Source of the DNA: Octopus vulgaris
Taxonomy: Eukaryota
Length of the DNA stretch: 64,000 nt
Direction of reading: 5' to 3'
Assembly (NCBI GenBank): GCA_951406725.2
Contig: OX597831.1
Span: forward strand, 29,450,001-29,514,000
The notes under the pieces were generated by a model. That model was given only the letters and a program-made list of their open reading frames with translations, ran no database searches and was not told the origin of the DNA. A program made the position numbers and the translations under genes. Positions 14,805-29,367 of the stretch are shown in pieces; the first letter of the stretch is position 1, and each line of letters starts with the position of its first letter.

Positions 14805-14995
14805 AGGCGGAAAGCTGCCGGATTCATCAGCGTGCCGGACAAAATGCTTAGTGGTTCACTTTCATGTTTGCATTCTGAGTTCAAATTCCGCCAAGGTCAA
14901 CTTTGCCTTTCATCCTTCCGGAGTCAATTACAGGGGTCGATGTAACCGACTCAACCCATCCCACAACATTTCAGGCCTTGTGAAAAAGATTATTA
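14805..14995 (+). mobile_element. SINE family B (tRNA-like head, gcctttcatccttccggggtc core)
   Basis: Similar to 29232, 31643 and 22230 copies. Confidence 0.75.
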
Positions 14996-15200
14996 ATCTG
15001 CCCTGGTATTGAGTACTTTTAAGCGTTGTTGCACGTTTTCAGAGTTTGCAATTCTGTCGTTCTCTCTCCCTCTCCTCTCTCTCTGTATATATATACGTGT
15101 GTGTGTAGAGAAAGAGAGTGAGAGAAACAAAGAGAGAGAGAGAGTGAGGGATAGATTGAGAGATAGATAGATAAGTACGGAAGTAGGTAGGTATATATAT

Positions 15201-15247
<47 letters not shown>

Positions 15248-15325
15248 TAGATAGATAGATACTCGCGGGTTTCGTTATTTGCAATTTTTGTTCTCTCTCT
15301 CTTTCTCTCTCTTTCTTTTTCTCTC

Positions 15326-15357
<32 letters not shown>

Positions 15358-15911
15358 AGGCACACACACACACTCACTTATACAGAATCTCATTTCAATC
15401 CAATTTCAACATCGGAGATATCATTCAGTGTTGGTATGTTAATAATATGACGTTTCGTTCCCGCAATTTTTAGACGCAACACTTGAAGACATTGATGAAT
15501 ATACAGTCATAGAGTCAGCAAGTCAAAGAGTCGGCAACTCGGCTTAAGAAAAGCATGCAAAGTTCACCTAACAACAACGTCGCCATCGTCCATGGCTAAA
15601 CGGCCATCTTGTTTCAGCTATTTATTAGATGGACAGCTGAAGTTCAACTGGAATAAACTAAATTATGTACAGGTAACTAGGGGATGAAATGAGATTTTGT
15701 CTGTCGGACGGTCTGTCTCTGTAGGTACATGCGAGTATGTGTGTGCGTGCTTCAATGTGAGTAAATACCTTGGTACCTTATACGTATGTGTCATTGTGCG
15801 TGTGTATGCATATACGTGTGAATGTGTGTGTGTGTGTGTGTGTATGAAATTTATGTATATTGATATATATATATACACCCATATATATATATACATATAT
15901 ACATACCTGCA

Positions 15912-15972
<61 letters not shown>

Positions 15973-16754
15973 TCACATATATATATATAAATATATATAT
16001 ATATATTTATATACATATATGGATGCGTATATATATATATATATATATGTATGTAAATATTGTGTATTTATATGTGTATATATATAGAGAGAGAGATAGG
16101 GAGAAGGATATAATTATATACATATGCTTATAGATGTCTAAATATATATACATATACATATACATATACTTATATATATATATATATATGTATATATATA
16201 CATGTGTGTGTGTTTACATGTATGTACAAAAACACATATACACGCACGTACACTTACGCACGCACATACACAAACACACACACACACACACACTCACACA
16301 CTCACACACACACGAATTGATAGATAGATAAGTGGACATTCAGTATCATTTCCGTATACATGATTTTTCTATGTATTTACGTATACATGAATGTATGTAT
16401 TTATATATACACACACATTTATGCATGTATGTATACATGTATGCCATGAATCTATGTATGTGTATATATCTATGTATCTCGCCTACGAATCTATCTATAT
16501 ATTTCTATATATTTGTGTACATGCGTGTGTGTGTCTGTGTGTGTCTGTCTGTATGGGTGTGTACGTGTGCGTGCACGTGCACGAGTGCACAAGATTGTGT
16601 AACTGAGTGGAGCATGAAATCGCTAGAAAGCATAATTAATTCCCTCTCCTCCTCCTCCTTCAACTCTGACCCCTGCCACGTTACCACTCTGTCCAGTTAC
16701 AAATCCGACCAAATGAAGTTATCCGTCACTGGACTGGCCAGCTTTTTGATTAAT

Positions 16755-16869
<115 letters not shown>

Positions 16870-17309
16870 ACACTTAAAACAACTGTCAATTCAGTTTCTG
16901 CTGTCTACCACAAATTATACATACATACATACATACATACATACATACATACATACATACATACATACATACATACATACATGCATATATACATATATGC
17001 ATGCATTCATGCATACATAAATACAAACACACATATGTATATAAATATATGTATTTGTATATATATATATATATTTGTGTATATATATATATATATATGT
17101 TTATATATATATACATATATAATATATACATACATATATACATATATAATATATATACATATATATATATATACACATATAGATACATATATATACACAT
17201 ATATATATATTTGTGTATATATATATACATATACGTATATATATGTGTCTATATATATATGTATATATGTATATATATATATATGTATGTATGAATGTAT
17301 GTGTGTGTG

Positions 17310-17347
<38 letters not shown>

Positions 17348-17815
17348 TACACATATATATATACACACGCACACACACACATAAAACACATATATATACA
17401 GAAACATGTTGTCTTAATATATGAATGAACAATAATTTTATCGCATAAGTTACACATATTGTATGAGTGCCATAACTTTGTATATACTGTGAAATAAGCA
17501 GTGTTCGCATACGGAAACGATTGTAACATCGATTTAAATTCCCTTTTACTCACCGCATTATTATTATTCTCATACACTCTGTGAAGACTATATTATGCCT
17601 ACTATAATATACCTTCGATTTGCGAAATATTTTCCTTTGTAATTAACTGGAGTATAACCATTGTCTCTTCCGTTGTCGGAATACTATCTTGGCCAGACTT
17701 TTATTATAAACTGATGGTGAGGTGAAAGCCTGGATTACAATTATACCCACAATTTTACAAATATTTATCAATAAATGAATAAACAAATATATATGTATGC
17801 ATGTATGTATGTATA

Positions 17816-17869
<54 letters not shown>

Positions 17870-17887
17870 TGTGTGTCTGTGTGTGTA

Positions 17888-18490
17888 CAGGGTGACCCCC
17901 AAAAGCATGAACTTTTGTAAAACCCAATAAAATAAGAAATATCCTAATCCAACAAAAGTATTCTATTGACAGAAAGTAAAGAACTTTCCTTTTAATAATC
18001 AGTATTTCAGAGTATTGATGTCTGAAAATTACGTCCTGTAGATGGCGTCCTCTTCTACATGTGCATCCTATCAATCTGCCGTTGAGGTCCCCCCCCCCAT
18101 TGCTTAGTGCAACATCTCAGTTGGTATACAACGAATTTCGTTTAGGATTCTTTGTTTCAGCTCATCCAATGTCCTTGGCCGAGCCGTGCTGATCCGACTC
18201 TTAAAGTAACTCCACAAAATGAGAATCAGCGGACAATTCCGGTTTTCTTGATGGTCAGTGAATGTCACCGGATCTTGAGATTACGTGGTTACCGAACGAT
18301 TCTTGCACAAATGCAATTGATTGTCCTGTAGTGTGCGATATGGAACCATCGTGAAGTTACGGAAAATTGTTCAATGCAGGTGCAACAAAATATTGCAACA
18401 TCGCAACATATCGATCCAAAAGAACAGTCGTTGTGATCCTCTCTCGTTTTTGAAAAAGTAAGGTCTATTGACTCTCTGTCGAACCACTTC
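17888..18490 (-). mobile_element. Decayed Tc1/mariner (probably DD41D-like) fragment
   Basis: TA+cagggtg terminus. Minus-strand remnants VISRSGDI..., RPRTLDELKQRI and RRGRHLQDVIF. Confidence 0.65.
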
Positions 18491-18494
18491 AGAA

Positions 18495-18697
18495 CATAAT
18501 TATAATTAGGGTTCAGCAAATTGCTTCACCACATACCGAAATTTAGAAATAGCAGTTAAATACTATTTTTCTACCATAAAATATCCCAGATATCTCCTGT
18601 CTGGGAAATATCTTATGGTAGAAGAATAGTATTTAACTGTTATTTCTAAATTTCGGTATGTGGTGAAGCAATTTGCTGAACTCTAATTATAATTATG
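18495..18697. repeat. About 200-bp near-perfect inverted repeat
   Basis: Arms 18495-18590 and 18600-18697 are reverse complements with four substitutions and a small indel. Confidence 0.9.
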
Positions 18698-18852
18698 CTT
18701 ATAATTATAGAATTTTTGCATAAGGTTACCGATAATGGTTCATTTAACATACCAAACTACTTGGTAAAATTATTAATCATTAATTAATTAATTAGTTATT
18801 TTTACCCTTTATTATTATTGGATATATGTGTGTGTGTATATATATATGTGTG

Positions 18853-18886
<34 letters not shown>

Positions 18887-18899
18887 TGTATGTATAACA

Positions 18900-18957
<58 letters not shown>

Positions 18958-19012
18958 GTATGTATGTATGTTTACATATATATAACTCGAACTAAACTCC
19001 ACTTATTTAGTT

Positions 19013-19462
19013 CAAACGTAAAATCTGTGCTTTTGTATGGCTCTGAAACATGGAGAGCCACCTGCAGCAACTACAAGAAGATCTAGAACTTCATCAACAA
19101 ATGTCTCCGGCAGATCCTCCATCTGAAGTGGTTCGACAGAGCGCCAGACACCGACCTGTGGGAAAGGGCCAACCAGGGGCCCGTACGTGTTCAGATTAGA
19201 CGAAGGAAATGGAGATAGATCGGACACACACTGCGGAAAGAACCCTCAAATGTGACACGACAAGCACTTGACTGGAACCCGCAGGGGAAAAGGATGCGAG
19301 GACGTCCAAAGCAGACATGGAAGCGGAGCATTTTGGACGAGCTCAGGACCACCGGTCTGACATGGGAAGCAGCCAAGAAACACGCCAGTGACCGCCAAAA
19401 AGTGGAAAACAACTGTTGAGGCCCAATGCTCTACAAGGGACAAAACGGATTAAGAAGAAGAA
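19013..19462 (+). mobile_element. RTE-clade LINE 3' end
   Basis: NVKSVLLYGSETW...IGHTLRK...ALDWNPQGKRMRGRPKQTW, followed by an (AAG)n tail. Confidence 0.85.
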
Positions 19463-19741
19463 GGTCTGTTGAGCCTGTGTCGCGAAATTGTTTATGTAAA
19501 GCATTTCTATGGCTAAAGCATGTTGGTGACCGTTCTACTGATCAATGATTACTAAATCGCAAGGTTGTATCTGCATGAAGCTCACTGTACCACACTGCTG
19601 CCAAAATGTACAGAACAACGCTTTTGAAAAGTTGTTTTATTTGCTTAATATCTTTCAATCAATTTTTGTTTTGTAGGATTTGATTTTTCTATTTTCTATA
19701 GTTCCTGTCTCTTTTGGGTCACACACATATATACATACATG

Positions 19742-20343
<602 letters not shown>

Positions 20344-20664
20344 TGTATATATATTATAAATATATATATATATATGCATAAATATGTGTGTGTATGTATG
20401 TATCTATATATGTGTGTGTATGAATAGTGACGCGACTACATTCCGGTGTATGCATATGTTTACATGTTTAACTAGATGAGAAGCAGTTTTTCCAAATTGC
20501 AAAGAACTGACACGAAAATATGGTAAAAATTCTTGCCAAATAAACTACAACAAAGTTATGTTTTCAATAAATGTCTAAAAGATAAGCCACTCTCACCCGC
20601 TACACACACGTACACGCACGCACGCACGCACGCACACACACACATACATACATACATACATACA

Positions 20665-20695
<31 letters not shown>

Positions 20696-20790
20696 TGTAA
20701 GTGCGTATATATTTATATAAATGTTCGTAAAATATACAAATATATGTATATACACATGTATGCTCACACCTATGTATGTATATCTGTGCG

Positions 20791-20841
<51 letters not shown>

Positions 20842-20905
20842 GTGTGCGTGTATATCAATCAATGTACATATATACACCCATACACACATATAAACATACA
20901 TATGT

Positions 20906-20943
<38 letters not shown>

Positions 20944-21938
20944 GTGTGTCTGTGTCTGTTTGCATGTGTGAGTGAGTGTATAACAATGTTCCTTTTGAAT
21001 TGTTTGTGTTGTCATAATGATTGTTGTTGTTGTCGTTGTTGTTGTTACAGCCATTATTGTTATAGTTGTTACTCCTACCTGTCAGGAAGTCGTCTGACGT
21101 CACACGTGTCATCACACGTGACTTCTCAACATGTTATTGTTACATATCAACACCCCGTTGTTTTTCCGAAGCTGGCTGAGCAAAGCATAAAAAAAAAACA
21201 CTCCACTTCTTCATGTGTCACCGGCTGATTACAACATACAGACCTCCCCACCTTACAGGCACTCATATGTGTGTGTGTGTGCGTGTATGTTTTTATGTAT
21301 ACGTACACAACACATAATTAGTATTGTTTGTGTGTGTGTGTCTGTATTTATGTATGCTCACACAAAACAGTTATTACTGTATGCGTGTGATTGCTTGTTC
21401 AAGTGTTATCTACATGACTTGCAGAAAACGTGTGAAAAATATAAAAAAATATGAACCACCCTTCATGTCATGCTACACCATGTTTTGTCTGGGGAATTAA
21501 GTTGCAAAGGGATTAGTTTCACATCCATGAAGACAATAAACTTACACCCCACTAAGACTCTTTCATCTTTCTCTATTATGTTGTATATTTTTATAACAAT
21601 TTATAAGTTTTCATCAATGAACACCGAAGCTTTGTTTGGAGCTTAAAAAAATATTATTTTTATGATTACGAATTGTGTCTCAAATACCGATGATCGTAAT
21701 TTGCATCTGACGTAGCGTATCTGAAAAAGTATATTATCGAGAAAGGATGCAATAATGCTGAAAAAAGGTCCATAAAACATAGAAAACAGACCAATTACTA
21801 ATATAAAGAAGATGTTTGATAATATCATGCTAATATATCATGTCTTCATTCAAATTACAGATTTTTGTCTCTTTGCATTTTCGGAGATTTATCAAGGCAA
21901 CCTCCAACTTTTTAGTGTGTGCATATATATATATATAT

Positions 21939-22102
21939 CGCTAGCCACTACACATTCTTTATTTCCTCTCCCTGTTTCTTTCTGTGGATGAGTGTAGACT
22001 TGAAACGTTAAAGAATCTTTCACTTCCCGAGCGTTAAACTAATATATCTATTTGTTGTCTACACCACCTGTCTTCGTCATTTATTTTTTTGTGAATTCTC
22101 CC

Positions 22103-22107
<5 letters not shown>
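21939..22107 (+). mobile_element. Penelope-like terminal repeat fragment with a minimal hammerhead-like motif
   Basis: tcttt-CTGTGGA-tgagtgtagactt-GAAACGTT-aaaga. Homologous to 37565, 48540 and 27712, and TA-flanked. Confidence 0.55.
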
Positions 22108-22146
<39 letters not shown>

Positions 22147-22148
22147 GC

Positions 22149-22615
22149 GCTGGAGTCGATGTAATTGACTTAATCCGTTTGTCTGTCCTCGTTTGTCCCC
22201 TCTATGTTTAGCCCATTGTGCGCAATAAAGAAATAAGAAACGTTAGCACGCCAGGCGAAATGCTTGGCGGTATTTAGTCTGCCTTTACGTTCTGAGTTTA
22301 AATTCCGCCGAGGTCGACTTTGCCTTTCATCCTTTCGGGGTCAATAAATTAAGTACCAGGTACGCACTGAGGTCGATGTAATCGACTTAATCCGTTTGTC
22401 TGTCCTTGTTTGTCCTCTCTGTGTTTAGCACCTTGTGGGTAGTAAAGAAATGGGTATTTCGTCTGCCTTTACGTTCTGAGTTCAAATTCCGGCGAGGTCG
22501 ATTTTGAATTTCAAATTTTCGGGGTCGATAAATTAAGTACAAGTTGCGTACTGGTGTCGATCTAATCGATTGACCCCCACATCCCCCAATGTGCCTAGCA
22601 TGTGCCTAGCGTAAA
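22149..22615 (+). mobile_element. Composite/tandem SINE family B array
   Basis: Body and tail modules repeat head-to-tail two to three times. Confidence 0.75.
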
Positions 22616-23207
22616 AAAAAATATTGGTGTAATGTCTCTCGCTAGACACAGCAAAATATATTTATGAAGCAAGTAAAAACGTTTGCTAATGAACAAACAG
22701 ACACGCATACATACACATGCGTGCACACGCATTGACACACACATTGACACACATGCATGTACGAATTGTATTTGTGCAACTAACGCCTTCCAAAATATTT
22801 GAGCAAAGAACGAAAGGCACCGCCCCATCGCAATGCTTCAAGACTCAGTCAACAGCTTTCATCTGATGATTGACAGCAAAGGAATGTGTATGTGTTTGCA
22901 TATGCAAATGCATCTATATGTATGTATACGTATATGCCTCTCTATGTATATATATATATATATATATGCATCCATGCATTTATGCATGTGTATGTGCGAA
23001 TGCGTGTATCTTTGTACATGTAATATGAATATTTAAGTGTATGTGTATGCGCGTATGGGTGCATGTGCATAACATTTTTCTCACCCTTCTATCTATCTAT
23101 CTATCTATCTATCTGTCTGCCTGTCTCATCTGTATCTGCATCTAGACTTACAGATGCATCCGTTTACGCGCCTGTGTGTGTGTTTGTGAGTGTGTATGTA
23201 TATATGC

Positions 23208-23279
<72 letters not shown>

Positions 23280-23348
23280 CGTATGTATGCATATGTGTGT
23301 GTAAAGTTGATGAACCAATTAATGTGCTTCTCCATTTTCTTATTTGCA

Positions 23349-23403
<55 letters not shown>

Positions 23404-23551
23404 TATATACATACAGATATACGTTTTTATATCTTCATATACCCATAAATATATACATACGCAAATGTTTAGTAATGCTTGTTTTATTGTTTAATTATAA
23501 TAAATACAATTTTATATTAATCTGATGGTACACTTTTGTAAAGTACAAATG

Positions 23552-23664
23552 TATTATTCTTATACAAGAAGCTTGTCAAGAATCACTTCGAAGTTTCGGC
23601 CACATGGGTTAGCCGGCCGAAACTTCGAAGGCACTGCCAACAACAGCCTTGTATAAGAATAATA
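23552..23664. repeat. Interrupted inverted repeat
   Basis: Outer arms tattattcttatacaag/cttgtataagaataata and inner arms cttcgaagtttcggcc/ggccgaaacttcgaag. Confidence 0.85.
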
Positions 23665-23796
23665 AATACATACACATATGGATATATGCACCAATACACA
23701 CACTTGTGCAGACACTCAAACACATATACACAGATATGTGTATGCGTGTGTGTATACATACATACATATATATATATATTGAATTATAAGGTGTAT

Positions 23797-23961
23797 CGCT
23801 CGGTGAGTTCGATTCCCGGACCTGGTTGTATCAGCCTTTCCCTTGGATAACATTGGTGGCATGGAGAGGGGAAGTTGGTATGCATGGCCGACTGCTGCTC
23901 TTCCAAAAACAACCTTGTCCGGACTCGTACCTCGGAGGCGGTCATTCATGACCGAAGGGGT
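23797..23961 (+). mobile_element. SINE family E, internally deleted
   Basis: Shares its body with the reverse complement of 57225-57537. Confidence 0.65.
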
Positions 23962-23984
23962 GGGTGTCTCTACTCTTATCCTTA

Positions 23985-24027
<43 letters not shown>

Positions 24028-24029
<2 letters not shown>

Positions 24030-24297
24030 CGCAGGAGTGGCTCTGTGTGAAGTAGCTTGCTTACCAACCAAATGGTTCCGGGTTCAGTCCCACTGCGTTG
24101 TACCTTGAACAAGTGTCTTCCTCTATAGCCTCGGGCCGACCAAAGCCTTGTGAGTGGACTTAGTAGACGGAAACTGAAAGAAGCCCGTCGTATAAGAATA
24201 TGTGTGTGTGTCTGTGTATTTGTGTGTCTGTGTTTATGCCCCCCTCCATCGCTTGACAACTGATGCTGGTGTGTTTACGTCCCCGTAACATAGCGTT
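24028..24297 (+). mobile_element. SINE family A, 3' truncated
   Basis: Head and body match. Confidence 0.85.
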
Positions 24298-25234
24298 CTT
24301 CCCTTCGAATATCTCATTAAAGGGGGTCACTAAGGCCGGTGGATGTAAATGGTCTATAACATAAACCTTGGGCTTATTAGAGCTTACCTACGCAATACCA
24401 GAGTTTCCAACAGAGGAATACGTTCAGAGCACTTGCCTACTTAATTTGCTACAATTGATGGATGCAATAATTGAGGCCAAATCTGGCATTACCGAGTAAG
24501 AAAATTTAATGGAGGATCTATTGCAGATGGTGTAGTATTTATGATTCTTTGGGAAATTCTTGAGAATCTTAAAAATCAACTTGGGCAAATTTCTAAGAGA
24601 AAAAAGCGGGGCGTGAACTGACTTACCCTATTTCAAACGTGAGATCTTGGTTTTACTCATGTTACTCATGTATTATTGTTGAGATTCCTGTTCATCTCGA
24701 TGAGGAGGTCATTGCCGAGATGCACCCTAACTCGTAATCGGACCGCGTTAGTAAACTCCCGAAATGGCCGTAGATGTGCTTTGACTTGATTTTGTGGAAT
24801 TCTCTTACGCTGCTGGACTTCAACTTACCATGGATTTTATGAAATGAACTTTTTAGACATATTTTTAATTGAGGGGAGTAAAAAGAAAGTTTTTTAGTCG
24901 ATTTATATTTTTATTTAGGTTTTTAGTCGCCTGACACGCTTTAGTAATTCATTTTGATTAGTTATTTTTAGTCGATTGTATATACCTTCTTGATAGGATG
25001 TTCTATATATTTGTATTTTTATTGGTATATATATATTTTTATCTTCTGTTTTTTTTTTTATATATGCATTCTTTTTATATGTTAAAGGCCATGAAAATAT
25101 TTATATATGATCAAATTTGTATGGGAGCGGGGTGTTATATAAGGTCGTTGACTCGAATTTGATGTCTGTTCTCTAATCAATATTTTTCTATTTGTCTCAA
25201 TTTCATTTGAGCACTTCATTTTTGAAAAAAAAAA

Positions 25235-25476
25235 GGTTCCTTCTCGAGCCATGCCAGTTTCCCAGTTTCAGTGGCGTAGAAATCCCCCCCCCCCCCCCTG
25301 GAAGTGACGCCGGTCCGTCGCAGGATTACTCTTTTTTTGCCAGCTGAGTGGACTGGAGCAACGTGAAACTGAAGTGTTTTGGTCACGAACACGACGCATC
25401 GCCCGGTGCAGGAATCGAAACCACAACCTTACGATCATGAGTTCAACACCCTAACCACTAAACCACGCGCCTCCAC
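25235..25476 (-). mobile_element. SINE family D (tRNA head, V-domain-like cctgcgacggaccggcgtc)
   Basis: A/B boxes on the minus strand. Related to 603-790. Confidence 0.7.
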
Positions 25477-25629
25477 TCTTTTTTGAAAGTATATAGAAAT
25501 AAAGCTAGATGTGGTAAATAGTATCTAGTTTTACTGGGTTCCGAAACCGGATAGTAAGTATGCCTATGATTAGCAGCCACCTACATGTTTAGCAAAGAAA
25601 TATTTTTAAAAAAAAAATTTTTTAATAAG

Positions 25630-25693
<64 letters not shown>

Positions 25694-25777
25694 CGTGTGT
25701 GTGTTTATATATATATATATATGTATATATGTATATGTGTGTGTGTATATATATATATGTTTATATATATATGTATA

Positions 25778-25832
<55 letters not shown>

Positions 25833-26189
25833 ATATGTTTATATATATATGTATATGTATACATATATGTTTGTATATGTATACATATACGTTTATATAT
25901 GTGTATATGTATATATGTTTGTATATGTATACATATACGTTTATATATGTGTATATGTATATATATGTGTATATGTATATATATATGTATATATATGTAT
26001 ATATATATGTATATATATGTATATATATGTGTGTGTATATGCATATATATGTGTGTATATGCATATATATGTGTGTATATGTATATATATGTGTGTATAT
26101 GCATATATATGTGTGTATATGTATATATATGTGTGTATATGTATATATATGTGTACATGTATATATATATATATGTGTGTATATGCATA

Positions 26190-26240
<51 letters not shown>

Positions 26241-26278
26241 GTATATATATTTGTATATGTATGTATGTGTTTGTATGT

Positions 26279-26309
<31 letters not shown>

Positions 26310-26321
26310 AATATATATGTA

Positions 26322-26740
26322 GGATCTTTTCGGTTTGAACGGCAGTTTTTTCTAGCGGTGTCATATGAAATTGTCACCCATAATTATGAACCTAGTATCG
26401 ATCTATTGCATTTCAATCTGTTTTAGGTTTAGGGTTTGGGGTGGGGGAAGGGTATCTTTTTTTTCTTCACAAATGTAAATAAACCCAATCTGTTTCTTAG
26501 ACGAGGGACATATTCATACGGCCCAGAATGTTTTTTTTTACCTCAATAGACGTCAGTGATTGGCTGAAATTGCAGAAATAGAAGAAAAAAACAACAAATA
26601 TCTTACAAACCATAGAATTTCCTCAATAAAGCCAAGAGAAAAAGATGTTTTATAAACACATTCTACCAGTATACGAAGTTTAAAATGTTTTAGTTACCTA
26701 GAAATTATGTTAAAAACTGCCGTTCAAGCCGGAAAGATCC
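26322..26740. mobile_element. MITE with about 29-bp TIRs inserted in (TA)n
   Basis: ggatcttttcggtttgaacggcagttttt / aaaaactgccgttcaagccggaaagatcc, with TA on both flanks. Confidence 0.85.
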
Positions 26741-26802
26741 TATATGTATATATATATTTATGTATATATATTTGTATATATATATATGTATGTATATATA
26801 TT

Positions 26803-26838
<36 letters not shown>

Positions 26839-27633
26839 CCTATATATATATATATATATATGTATATGTGTGTATGTATACGTATATATATATGTGTGTT
26901 TATATGTATGTATATGTATATATATATATGTGTGTGTTTATATGTATGTATATGTATATATATATATGTGTGTGTTTATATGTATGTATATGTATATATA
27001 TATATGTGTGTGTTTATATGTAAGTATATGTATATATATATATATGTGTGTGTGTATATGTATGTATATGTATATATATGTGTGTGTATATGTATGTATA
27101 TGTATATATAGTTCTGATTAAGGATATTATACTGGACTATCGCGAAGAACTTTGTAATTTGTTTGAAGAATTGTGATAAAGAATTAAAATCACAAATACT
27201 GTATACTCTCTTCTAACAATGAGAAAAGAAAGTGTATATATATAGACACGCCTGTGTGGCTGTGTATCTATAGTTTGAACGAATTTGACTGAAAACCTTC
27301 ATTGTGCGTGACGTACTGAGGTAAACATCTTACTAGGAATAAAACTGTCGCATTACCTGTCGATACAATGTGTCACTCGGATATTTTGTGATTTGTCATA
27401 CAAGTTTGTGATATTATTTGTTTGAAATTGAGTGGGAAGGGGAGTGGTTGTGTCGTTTGGGTGCAGAACAAATCGTCCGGATTTAGAAAATTTCGTAGAC
27501 GTAATGTCTTTGTTAAAATTAGGTAAATGCATGCACGACTGTCGATTTTTAACTGAACACTGCTAAAATACTTGGAAGAGAGAGAGAGAGAAAGTAAGTG
27601 AGAAACTGAAGGATAGGTAGGTAATTAGGTAGG

Positions 27634-27701
<68 letters not shown>

Positions 27702-27816
27702 AGGATAGATTGTCTCGAAACTTAAAAGACTTTCTCACTTTCCCGAGCGTCAAACTAATACGCCTGCTTGTTGTTCATACCTGTCTTCGTCTTATGTTTT
27801 TCTGTAAATTTCAACT

Positions 27817-28123
<307 letters not shown>

Positions 28124-28259
28124 GATAGAATCTGTAGTATTGAGCAGAATATTTGCTGTAGCCCATCTTTTGTACAAAGACAAAACAATGTATATGATAA
28201 CACATCCAATCAGTTAAGATGAGAAAAGTATGAGAGCCAATGCCTGGTACTGCATATTA

Positions 28260-28430
28260 TTACCTCTACCTTAGCGAAGGCTGAAGTATTGTTCTCACTA
28301 GCGTTTGTTTGTTTGTCCTGGACAAAATATCTCAAGAACAACTGGATGGATTCGAATGAAACTTTCAGGGATGTTTGGCCTCGTGACTGACACGAACTGA
28401 TTAGATTTTGGGATCGATCTGGATTATTCA
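28260..28430 (+). mobile_element. Helentron/HINE-like non-autonomous element fragment
   Basis: tacctc...cctt-agcg-aagg hairpin, then (gttt)n, then atatctcaagaac...tggatggatt...tgaaacttt. This layout is recalled from DINE-1/HINE-like elements. Confidence 0.45.
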
Positions 28431-29187
28431 TGTTTTTACTTGTATCAATCATTGGAGTGCGGGTCTGCTGGGGCAACGTCTTGAATAGTTTAATCCAACG
28501 AATCGATTCCAGTACTTATTCTTTTAAAGGCTGATACATATTCTATCGGTTTCTTTTACAGAAATGCTAGATTGTGGGGACATAAACAAACTAACACCGA
28601 TTATCAAGCAGTGGTAAGGGACAAACAGAAACTAAAAAACACACATATGCATATATATATACATATGCACGAACACACACACACACACACTCACATGCAA
28701 ATATATATATATGATAGACTTCCACTTTTTTATGGGGTGTGGTGCAATCTTTTGTTGTATTAGTGCTTGTATTGTGTGTTGTGTTGTGTGTGTTGTGTTG
28801 TGTGTGTACTGCGTTGGGTTGAATGTCTGCTTGTGGTGGTTTATTTTATTGTATAATCTCTCGGGGGTCGATACAATAAGTACCGGTTGAACACTGGGGT
28901 CGATGATATCGACTTATCCTCTTCCTCGAAATTGTTGGTCTTGTACCAAAATTTGAAATCATCGTTATTATTGTTGTTGTTGTCGTTGTTGTTGTCATTG
29001 TTGTTGTCACTGTTGTTGTTGTTGTTGTTGTTGAGCGCTCGGTCTTGTTTGCTCTGGTTGATTCCGTGAGAGCGAACAGCAGCCTGTTGTCAGAGGCCAC
29101 ACAGGGTCTCTTTCCGCAAATTATAATCCTTTGATAATTAGATGTTAATTATCGTAGAAGATATTCAACACCCATGTCCCAACCTCA

Positions 29188-29219
<32 letters not shown>

Positions 29220-29231
29220 CATCATCATCAA

Positions 29232-29365
29232 GGCGGCACACCGGCAAAAATCATCAGCACGCTGGACGAAATGCTTAGCGGTATTTCGTCCATCGCTACG
29301 TTCCGAGTTCAAATTCCGCCGAGGTTGACTTTGCTTTACATCCTTTCGGGGTCGATAAATCAAGT
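29232..29365 (+). mobile_element. SINE family B, 3' truncated
   Basis: Head after (ATT)n; matches the 31643 copy. Confidence 0.75.
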
Positions 29366-29367
29366 GT

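Noticed and set aside
24320-24500. Possible Tc1 transposase C-terminus (DAIIEAKSGITE*)
   Set aside because: Too decayed, and no TIR found.
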